In this document: positions 53,501 through 64,000 of the stretch, in pieces
Layout: every line of letters begins with the position of its first letter
How positions within the stretch are numbered: position 1 is the first letter of the stretch
From: Veleropilina oligotropha
Taxonomy: Eukaryota
Direction of reading: 5' to 3'
DNA: 64,000 bases
NCBI GenBank assembly: GCA_048128005.1
Contig: JBEUKZ010000093.1
Coordinates: 248,001 to 312,000, forward strand
Made by a program: the position numbers and the translations under genes
Notes under the pieces: model-generated
The model's input: only the letters and a program-made list of their open reading frames with translations
Told to the model about the DNA's origin: nothing
Databases searched by the model: none

Positions 53501-55371
53501 TATGGATAACTAAATGTTGCTGGAGATGTAGAGGCCTAGAAGACGACTTGTCAGACACAGCATATTACTGAGGTTGCTTGCGTGTGTGGATTAGCATATG
53601 TCGCTTGAAATTTCCTAATTGTGCAAATGATTTATAACACACATTACATCGATGAGGACTTATTACACACATTACATCGATGAGGCTTCTCTTTCGTGTG
53701 GATTAGCATATGCAGAGTGAGATTGCTTGATTGGGTAAATGATTTGTCACAGATACAGCACTGATACGGTTTTACACCTGTGTGGATTAGCATATGTCGC
53801 TTGAGATTTCCTAATTGTGCAAATGACTTATAACACACATTACATCGATGAGGTGTCTCTTTTGTATGAATTAGCATGTGCTGCATCAGATCGTATGGAA
53901 GGCAAAACGTCTTGTCACATACACTGCACCGTTACAAAGTAATGTATGACTTGTCGCATAAAGTGCATGGATACTGCTTCTCTCCAGTATGGATGGCAGC
54001 ATGCTGACGGAGACACTGAGAACTTGAATATGATCTGTCACAAACAGCGCATTGATGCTTCTCTCCAGTATGGATGGCAGCATGCTGACGGAGACACTGA
54101 GAACTTGAGTATGACTTGTCACACACAACGCATTAGTGACATTTCTCGCCCGTGTGGATTAGCATATGTTGCTTCATTTTGTTTGATTTGGAAAATGAAT
54201 TTTCACAGATACCACACAGATACAGCTTTTCTCCTGTATGGGTTACTAATAAATGATGTCGATTGAGACCACTAGAAGTAATAAATGACTTGTCGCATAA
54301 AGTACAGGGATACTGCTTCCCTCCAGTATGGATGGCGGCATGTTGACGGAGATTCTGAGAACTTGAATATGACTTGTCACATACAGCGCATTGATGCTTC
54401 TCTCCAGTATGGATGGCAGCATGTTGACGAAGATACTGAGAACTTGCATATGACTTGTCACAAACAGGGCATTGATAAGGTTTCTCTCCTGTGTGGGTTA
54501 ACATATGCTTCGTGAGGGTGCCCGATTGTGAAAATGATTTGTCGCAAAAACTGCATTTATGAGGTTTCTCACCAGTGTGGATTCGCATATGTTCCCTGAC
54601 AGCGCTGAAACGTGAAAATGACTTCCTACACACAGTGCATTGATGCAGTTTCTCCTTTGTGTGGATTAGCATATGCTGCCTGAGAGTGCCTGGTAGTGAA
54701 AATGAATTCCTACACACAGTGCATTGATGCAATTTCTCCTTTGTGTGGATTAGCATATGTCGGTTGATGTCGCTTGATTGGAAAAATGATTTGTCGCAAA
54801 CACTGCATTTATGAGGCTTCTCCTTTGTGTGGATTAGCATATGTCGGTTGATGTCGCTCGATTGGAAAAATGATTTATCGCATACACCACAGTTGTACAC
54901 CTTTTCTCCTGTTTGTGCACGTTTACGGATATGACTGGGATTATTCACCCCACGCGTATGGATTGCAGCATGTTGCCTCTGAATATGAGAAGTTAATGAC
55001 GATTTGTGTCGCTCACTGCAAGGATGAGGTTTCTGCTGCCCTCTCGTGTGGATTAGCATATTATGCAGATTGAAAGTAGTTGGTCGTGAAAATGCTATAT
55101 CGCAGATAATACAGTAGTGTGTTAGCATGGTTCCTTTAGGGGAATTGATGCTGAAAATTATTTGTTAAATATTCACAAATGACCTAATAGGTCCTGCACA
55201 ATGCACTGCAATATCTTTTCCTTGGTGATAAGATAGATTCTTTCACGATTTTTATCACTGACCCAAGTAACGAAAATTATCCATGGCTCATGCTAAATGA
55301 TTGTTAGTGTATCCTTCAGCAGCTCAGAGGTTTGGCTTTGCATTCAGTGTTTGGCGCATGTCCAAGACACC
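53500..55371 (-). pseudogene. C2H2 zinc-finger gene 2, frameshifted array
   Basis: Finger ORFs at 54133-55128, 53932-54126 and 53644-53886 are broken by indels. The acceptor region at about 55325-55376 is homologous to 4741-4793. Confidence 0.78.
54133..55128 (-). CDS. C2H2 zinc-finger array protein (longest open part of ZF gene 2)
   Basis: About 10 C2H2 fingers with HTGEKP/HTKEKP linkers. Confidence 0.85.
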   Translation of the reverse strand: MLTHYCIICDIAFSRPTTFNLHNMLIHTRGQQKPHPCSERHKSSLTSHIQRQHAAIHTRGVNNPSHIRKRAQTGEKVYNCGVCDKSFFQSSDINRHMLIHTKEKPHKCSVCDKSFFQSSDINRHMLIHTKEKLHQCTVCRNSFSLPGTLRQHMLIHTKEKLHQCTVCRKSFSRFSAVREHMRIHTGEKPHKCSFCDKSFSQSGTLTKHMLTHTGEKPYQCPVCDKSYASSQYLRQHAAIHTGEKHQCAVCDKSYSSSQNLRQHAAIHTGGKQYPCTLCDKSFITSSGLNRHHLLVTHTGEKLYLCGICENSFSKSNKMKQHMLIHTGEKCH

Positions 55372-56182
55372 TGAAAAATAATAAGATAACATCACCAGTT
55401 TTGACCATTGATACTTAGCAAAGATAAGGATTACATTAATTTTGTTCACAATTTGGGTATAAAAATATTTTTTTGTAGATTTTTGAAACTCGCTGGACAG
55501 GCTCAACATTAGCAAGAAGACGTGATATGGATATTAAAGATGGAAAATTTTAATAATAAAGCGCAAAATTATTTGCATATTTTCGAAAATTTGGTTTGGA
55601 ATAATGCTTATATAATTATATATAATGTCTACGTTGTCCACCGAGATATGTTCATATTATAAATTGAAGATTCCAGCTCACTTCCATGACAAATGGTCAG
55701 TCAATCTAGGGAATTGGGAACCACGTTTTTATCCACTTGATAACAGTGGGTCTAATTTGAAAAGAAAAATATCACTAATTTTATTTTCATTGATCAATCA
55801 CACGACCTAATACCACATTATGACATATTTTATTTTTAAAAATGACACAACTACATACATATAAATTGTACAAATGAGATTTGTCAATCCTCATTATTTT
55901 AAATTTCAAAGCAAACAAGATTAACATTGGCGTGTTCCCTCATTTATCGTGTTGGCAATTATCTTAACCCAAGTTAATACCCGTTTAAATTACTTCCAAT
56001 AATATAACCGCAATATCAATGACAGAATTGCATAAAGCAATTTTGTTCAATTCATGAAATCAGCAAAAATTATATACTAAAATGCACTTAATTGTCAGAA
56101 GAAGTTAATCTTGATTTTGGATTTCCCATCAATTAGTAATAGAGTGTTGCTCATTTGAGAATGTTACCAAGGCATCACCTGA

Positions 56183-56450
56183 GGAGGAGTAGGAATTATG
56201 CTTAATGTCCTGTATATTTATAACATCGAGGTTCAAGGCAGGACATGTCCGTGTTATCGCGGGAGGAAACCCCGTCGCCGGGTAAACCCGCCCTCTTCGG
56301 CCAGTCACGGACAACTGTGCTTCATAACTTGAACAAATGTGTGCTGCCTCAACCGGGGGTCGAGGGTCGATCCCACTACTGTTCGCGTCAGCGGAAACAA
56401 GCCAGTGAATTTAGAGTGGACACTCTACCCACTGCGCTACCGAAGCGGCC
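56183..56450 (-). mobile_element. tRNA-derived SINE (family A, young copy)
   Basis: Near-identical to 3196-3458; 12-bp TSD GGCATCACCTGA at 56171-56182 and 56451-56462. Confidence 0.9.
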
Positions 56451-57429
56451 GGCATCACCTGAAGCAAAAAACCACCAGTAATTGAGATTGCATGCACGCT
56501 GATGGACTCTGGTAATGACAAAAAGGTATGATATCCCAATCACCACAAATATGAAATCCAGAAAAATGAGTTATATTTCTTATAATCCTACCTATGATAA
56601 AGTAATATTGAGATATGTCCTGACTCCATATTATCATGGGAGGAAATCCCAGAATATTTGGTGAAATCCATGTGCTCAGGACTGTCGGCTATGATCAACT
56701 GCTAATTATAACCGGTAACTCCTCAACGTTCAGACCAGACACGGGAGCAGTCATGCAAGAGAACTCATTTTAACTGAGAACCACCCTCGACCAGAAATTC
56801 AAGAGGCTGTCCGAGCATAAATATTCCATTAATATGGGAGCATCATTATATTTAAAATCAATGAAGGTTAAAAAATATCACAATGCGTTACTTACAGCAT
56901 GAGAATGGTCACAAATATTTTCTTGCACATCATTGCTTTCCTTAAAATTTTGCAAGTATTTCTAAAATGTTTACACATGATATTGTTGCGGGGCTGAGAA
57001 TGTGTCAGAAAAACAGTATGGGAGAAAATGCTAGGAATTGGGTTCAATACCTGCATCAAGGTTGTTTTTTTTATTGCTGAAAACTGAAAGGAATCCTTCG
57101 GAGGAAATAGTAGCTACAAAGAATATGACTGAAAAATAATTTAAATCTGGTCGCTAAACTAGACCGATTCAAATCCAAATAGAAATTAAATCATAGTACA
57201 TGCATTTCGTATCGGAATAGACGATTCCAGATTGCTACGACTATGCAAAGCCAATAGTCACGTGACTCGCTGACAGGGTTCACTCAGATATAATGTGACG
57301 TATGCCTATTGAGTTATTGACTACTTTACAAGGATGTACCCCCAATTATCACCCCAATGGGATAGATTTTAAGGATCCCAAATTATCCCTTAAATATGAA
57401 ATTTGAACAACCCGACAGACGATAGGTAA

Positions 57430-58625
57430 TTTGTCTCCCCATCTGAAGGATGGGAGAGACATATTGTTTTACACTCCGTTCTCCTACTTCATCTTCAATT
57501 TTTTCTTGTCCGGACTAGATCTCAGGTCCTATATGTGCCAGCATTATTTCCTTTGGTAAATTAAACCGTTTTTTGGCAAAATATTACGACAACGACTTTC
57601 GACCTTGACGTAATGACCTTTGACCCCGAAATCGTGGCCGGCCTGGTTCTCATTCATAACTGAACAAATAACGCCCATGTCCCAACCGAGATTCGAACCC
57701 ACAACTGCCTATATCAGCCAGTGATTTCAGAGTCTGTAAACGCAACCACACGACTGTCGGAGACTTCAAATCTTAAGCTTCTAATTTCTTTGTAGATGCA
57801 TGGTCCACACTCCAAACATGTGCAGGGCGCTACAATTTTGCACTTTTGACCTTTGCGCTGTGACCTTGATAACCAATTTTCATATTTGAGCATTTTTATA
57901 TTTTATTATTTTCTTAATTTTTTTTAACCAAATGTATTCCTGAGCGTGAGTACATTATATAACAATGTTCAATTTTGTTGTTCGACCAAGGTCACAGAGG
58001 TCAAAATGTACTTTCCCTAAAACACGCCTTGTCCGGGCTAGATCTAAGGTCATATACATGCAAGCCTGATTTCGTTTGGTATGTTAAACCGCCCTATCAG
58101 GCCATTGTGCTTTTTGGCAAAATTTCGCGAAAACGACTTTCGACCTACGTAATGACCTTTGAACTCAGAAATCGTGTCCGGCCTGGCTCTCGGATACGTC
58201 AAATCTTATCCTTATAATTTCTTTGTAGATGCATGGCCCACACTTCAAGCATGTGCAGGGTGCTAAAATTTTGTGTATTTTGACCTTTGATCTTTGACCT
58301 TGGCACTGTGACCTTGATATACAATTTCCATATTTGGGCATTTTTATATTTTATTGTTTTCTTAATTTTTTTCCACCAAGTTTATTCCTGAGGGTGAATA
58401 CGTTATGTAACAATGTTCAATTTTGTTGTTCGGTCAAAGGTCAAAGTCACAGAGGTCAAAATGTACTTTCTCTAACACACACCTTGTCCTGGCTACATTT
58501 CAGATCCTATACATGCCAGATTGATTTTCTTTGGCATGTTAAACCGCCCTATCTTGCCATTGTGCTTTTCGGCAAAATTTTGCGGAAACGACCTTCGACA
58601 TTGACCTAATGACTATTGACCCCCA
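57430..58625. mobile_element. HINE-like element with an internal tandem array of about 455 bp
   Basis: Terminal hairpin TGTCTCCCCATC...GATGGGAGAGACA. Repeat units start at about 57506, 58029 and 58484 and are rich in TGACCTT/AAGGTCA. A SINE fragment lies at about 57655-57765. Confidence 0.55.
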
Positions 58626-61600
58626 AAAAGTGTTTACATTTGCATGTTGTTATAATGCACATGCGATCAGTATATATTGTCTACATGGTCGAAGAGGGCG
58701 GGTTTACCCGGGCAATCAGGCTTTCCTCCCACGATAATACGGACATGTCCTGGTTTGAACCAAATGATGGTTGGAAATATACAGGACATTAAGCATCGAT
58801 CCTTTCCTTTCCTTTACATAATAACAATACCGACAACTTCAAATTGATGTTATAGCTGCCTATTTAACTATTATCGTAATTAAGCTGGGACCACTATACT
58901 AGATAGACACCTTAAAGGCTTTGATAAAATTTATCATTTGATACAAATAATATTAAATAAATCTTCGCTACATTTCCCTGGACAACAGCAGAGTCGATTT
59001 AATCGAGTGTAGATTAGAACATGCTGAAATGGGGTGCAATGTTACGTTGTTCATATATGCCTATACTATCGACTGTCCACGTGGAGCGAGGCGGACAAAA
59101 TATTGACAAATAATTTATGGCATGAAACCCCATCTCCTGCGTTCTGAATGTGCAAATATGATATTTATTACCAGCAATTTTGACCATTTTTACCACTCTG
59201 TACGAGCCATTTTTATTTTGACACAGAGGGTTGTACGTAGGCCTGCCCCTTACCCTCGTATTGGCAATACAAAAATTGTATATGTCATGTAGGTAGGCCT
59301 ATGTTTGTCTATTCTAATCTGACATGGCTAAAACTAGTGATCCCGATTGAGATATGGCCTTTCATGCCCCTGGATAATTGCTAACTATACCTGCTAAACC
59401 ATGTCTTTTGCATAATTCAACAGTTACTAGTGGTCAGGACCCACCCCCTGATAGCTATTGTAAATATGTTGTGTAACCGAGAATTTCCCCTAATTAGTTA
59501 TTGTGTTATATCTCTATGTTCGCTACGTCATAAAATGTGTAATGCAACTTCTTTATTTACCAAATACTTTTTCAATGATAATAATCATTATACATTAAAA
59601 TAAATTAATAACATTGTATAATAAACGCAATTTATGCACTCGGACAACTGCAAGACCGCAGTTGTTTGTCCGAGGCTATGGCGATTGCCGATTATCTTTT
59701 CAGGGCTGATAAAAGGCCGTGATCTGATTGGCTGATATGTATTTTCCTGGAGTGGTCTATTGCGTAGACGAATGGATCAAGTTTAACATTTAAGATTAAG
59801 GATGTGTCGCGTTCGGCCTTCAAAGTGGGTGGGTTCGGCCCTATTATAAACATGTATTATAGAAAACACATTGAATTATATTTATATTATTAGTAAATGA
59901 TTAATAAGATTAATGTAAATTGTATTATTAATAAATTACCGGTAAGCTGTTACTTTTTTATGTAAATATGTAAGCATACTGTACTACATTTAGCATTTTG
60001 TATTATATTTGTATTATTAATAAATGACGAATATGTATGCCTAAGATGAATATAAAATATATTTTTCATGTAAGTATAAATGTAGCGTATTGTAGAAATC
60101 TATAAATATATATTTGTTCAATGTATTATTAATAACTATATATATGTTATGGTATTTTATCGTCATAATTATTGTCATTGTGTTAATATTTTGACAACAT
60201 TATTTACTATTATGAGTTGATGTCATTGTATGTATGAATCAGTTCTATAGAGGGTTTCGCGATTGCGATTGACGCCATTGTGGATGGCAGCTTCGACCTC
60301 CCGTTCGGTTTTCCGCAAAAATAATAATAACGTCGTGCGTGTGTTTTGTGTCTAAAAAACTGTACGGTAATTTTTCTACTACGGTTTGGCATAAACAATG
60401 TTAAAAAATATATTTAATTCCAAAACCCAACGTTGAAAACTGCATGTTCTCATTTGGTAACTTTATTCAAAGGAGATTCAGTCTAACTAACCCGATGGCC
60501 GATGTCAGAAAATAACGCTATGTGCTTCATTTATCGGGAATAATATTGACGAAATGGTACATCAACATTAAACTTGCATTAATCCAGGAACATTTAAAAC
60601 AAATATGCGTTACAAGATTGGGCACATTTATTTAAATCAATTTATTAGGCCTTCTAGCTGCACCTACGCTTTCCCCAGGTTTGTATAAGAGCCCCAGATT
60701 TCATGCGTTTCCGTTAGCAGCGAAGTCGGCACAGCTCAAAGTTGAAGTGAGATATTTACCGAATGGGCAAAATGTTGTGTTGTATATGAAATTTCTACTG
60801 CTAATAATAAATATATATTATTTTACAGATGTATTTCCGAATAATTAATATGCAGGCTTTACTAGACTAGAGAAAAGGCCTATAGATACCAAAGGTTGCT
60901 CGGTCCTCGAATTGCACCACTGTCAATGCTCGATCAATGCAATGCAGACACATTGTGTTTATTTATTAGAAGTAATCTTTTATTTTATATTTGTGCATGT
61001 TTTGTAACTAACTACGTATTTGGAAAATAACTAAATATTTGATCACCAAGAATAATATATATAATTTATTATATCTGTGCTGCTGCATGTTTTATAAATT
61101 ATGTAAATAAAATGTAAACTCAAGCAAATAACAGGAATCTGTGAAAAAAGTGAACATTTTAGACTTGTATAGTGATTTACTGAATTGCTTTATTTATTAT
61201 ATGTACAAAGTATTATTAATTTATAAATTAAATTTCACCAGGAATTATCTTGGATAAGAGACAAAAAATGTCCTGTATAGATATAATATTTACAATCTTC
61301 ATGCTGCAGGTTCAAACCATATGGAGGGAGGAATATCTGGTCACTTGAGTAAACCCGCCCTCTCCGGCCAGTTATGGACAACTGTGATTGATAATTGAAC
61401 AAAGAACAGGGCCACAATCAAGCTGAGGCAGAGGAAGCAGCCGCCTCTTCCGATTTTCAGTCGGTCAAGATATGGAATATTGTAAAAACTTGTTTTGCCA
61501 TAAAATTAATCATGTATGTACATCCAGTCCACAATATTGTATACTCACATAGAGCCATGTACACGCAAGGGATGTGCACAATTGACGTTGATATGTGAAG

Positions 61601-62204
61601 CAGAACATTTATCATATGTTATAAATGATACACTGTTCTATTAAATAATTTCAATGTAATTTTATAGCAACACACTGATGTCACATCATTACCACCATGT
61701 GATTATTGTAGAAGTATATAATTATATAAGGGTCATAATTAAAATTATATAATTATCACAGTAAAACTGATATGGTATATAGTGTGTGGTCTCATCCACT
61801 CCAAACATCAGGATCTTGCATTAGAATGAACTCCTGACAATGCAACTCAACATTTTTCACTAGACATTGTGCTTTGGCATAAATGATATTGCTTGACAAA
61901 CACAGCATGTATGAATTTCTTTGAATATAAATGTACTTGCTTCAGGACATGATTGTATTGTTTGTAAATCAGTGATCTAATGTCTTGATTTGTGGCACAT
62001 TTAATCATTCTCTCCAAGCGATTTGCCAATAATTACTGCATCATATAGGTTGGCATTTTGTAGATCCATGAATCTATATGGGATATTCCTGTCGATCATT
62101 AATCTTCTTGCATAGTATCATCCCAGTTTAACAGGTATAATAAATGTCAAATTCCATCTTGCAATTGGTAATTTGTTCAATTGTGACAAAAAGGAATGGA
62201 TCGA

Positions 62205-62714
62205 TAATAAAAGTCCTGTATATTTCCAAACATCATTTGGTTCAAAGCAGGACATGTCCATATTATCGCGAGAGGAAACCCGCCCTCTCCGACCAGTTAT
62301 GGACAACTGTGATTCATAACTTGAACAAATGTATGATGTCCCTGCCGATGCTTGAACCCACTACTGTTCGCATCAGCGGAAGCAAGTCAGTGCTTTTCAG
62401 AGTCCACAACCGATACCACACGAGGAGGAGGAGGAATTATGCTTAATGTCCTGTATATTTATAACATCGAGGTTCAAGGCAGGACATGACCGTGTTATCG
62501 TGGGAGGAAACCCCGGTCGCCGGGTAAACCCGCCCTCTTCGGCCAGTCACGGACAACTGTGCTTCATATAACTTGAACAAATGTGTGCTGCCTCAGCCGG
62601 GGGTCGATCCCACTACTGTTCGCGTCAGCGGAAACAAGCCAGTGAATTTAGAGTGGACACTCTACCCACTGCGCTACCGAAGCGGCCCGATACCACACGA
62701 TTGTCGAAGTGGCC
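62205..62714 (-). mobile_element. Older family-A-related SINE containing a young SINE insertion
   Basis: Old copy occupies 62205-62423 and resumes at 62701 (TTGTCGAAGTGGCC). Confidence 0.7.
62424..62687 (-). mobile_element. tRNA-derived SINE (family A, young copy)
   Basis: 13-bp TSD CGATACCACACGA at 62411-62423 and 62688-62700. Confidence 0.9.
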
Positions 62715-64000
62715 TCAATTGTGATAAATCATATAGAAAATGGAATTGGCAGTACACATGACTTCTAGTATTCTTGTTACTATGTTCAATAAATGGACGT
62801 GCGAAGTGAGATATGATGTCTGATTGGGAAATATGGCACTGGTAATAAACAGTTCCCTCACAAAGGTCCGGGTCTCAACAGTGTATCCAAAGTTTACGAT
62901 GAAAATGAGTTCTCAACCAGATCCAAGGAAACCGCATCCACTGACATTGAATAAAATGTTAAAAAAATCTGGCGTTTCATCCACTGTAAAATGTTCCAAC
63001 ATGAAATTGCCAGATTACCCAAACTATATTCTCCAAATTAATTTCTGATGCAATATGGTTACATAAATCTCTTTGCTTTAATGAAATTCCGAAAATCATC
63101 TGATATCAATACACTGTTCATTTTAGAGACATATTTTTGTGCCGTGGAAGTTGAAGATAAATTAATTGTACGACAACTTAAATAGTATTTAGTCCCCTGT
63201 TCAGGCTTCACAGTGAATTATTATAATTTAGTGACAGTCATAATACTAAGTATTTGTCTCATCTTCTTTATATCAAGCAATCAAAGTGACAAAGAGAATT
63301 CACTAGTACTGGTATCAATAATGTCTTTATGGTTGGTAATAATAAATACTATTTATATTTGAATAATGAAAACCAGCTGCATACTTCAATATCATTAAAT
63401 TTTAATTGCCTATGTATTATCGTAACCATATTAACTCATAAACAGAGAAAGCAATAATAACCTGGAGAGTGGATGATTTTGGTGAATTTGTATATTATAT
63501 ACTGTTCATGGCAATTTTTTGGCCATTCAAAATGGTCAAATGGTTTCTCCTGCACACCCAAAGAAAAACATTGCTACTGCCTACAAACTGAATGTTATCT
63601 GAAACTTATATAAGAAATACAATTTGAAATTGAAAATATATTGCAGTAATTGATAATGTGTTTACAAATATAATTTTAAATAACTTTAAAACTAATAGAT
63701 ACTATAATCTATTAAAATAAAATAAAATAAAACCATATGTACAAAATTGAAGTCACATTCTCTTGAATTTTTTGTTCAGTATCCCAAATCTAAACTTTGC
63801 TCATTACAGATTTATAGACTAAACCAACACATTTACTAGTTATTTTAATAGTACTGCACACACAAGACGGTGATTAAATAAATAATACATTATTCTGTAT
63901 TTTGTGTTAAAAAATAAAGGGTACCCGATCATCACTTAATTGATTTTACATTATCATTATAAATTTATTCAATAAAATTGAATGTCATTCTGTTATTAAT

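Noticed and set aside
58800..64000. Short ORFs in the AT-rich tail of the window
   Set aside because: No domains or coding-like composition; several are SINE-derived.

Overview
AT-rich invertebrate-animal (eukaryotic) genomic DNA. The host scaffold is two paralogous, tail-to-tail C2H2 zinc-finger array genes (about 4.7-15.2 kb on +, about 53.5-55.4 kb on -), both disrupted. Nearly everything between them is mobile DNA. (1) An intact DIRS1-type tyrosine-recombinase retrotransposon (6567-14041) sits inside a zinc finger. (2) An apparently full-length CR1/L2-group LINE lies inside a SINE and is itself interrupted by an intact Mutator (MULE) transposon. (3) There is a decayed, intron-containing Ginger/GIN-type integrase gene. 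(4) tRNA-derived SINEs, MITEs and tandem repeats are scattered throughout. (5) The most notable element is a complete 15.86-kb endogenous Polinton-like virus (33634-49491) with 214-bp TIRs ending in AGCAGCAG and a 5-bp TSD (GAGGG). It encodes an rve integrase, a packaging ATPase, probable major and minor capsid proteins and several membrane proteins. Its single 1288-aa replication protein appears to fuse an OTU-like Cys protease, a family-B polymerase core with no visible exonuclease, an SF1 helicase and an HNH nuclease. All protein assignments come from reading motifs by eye; no database searches were run.
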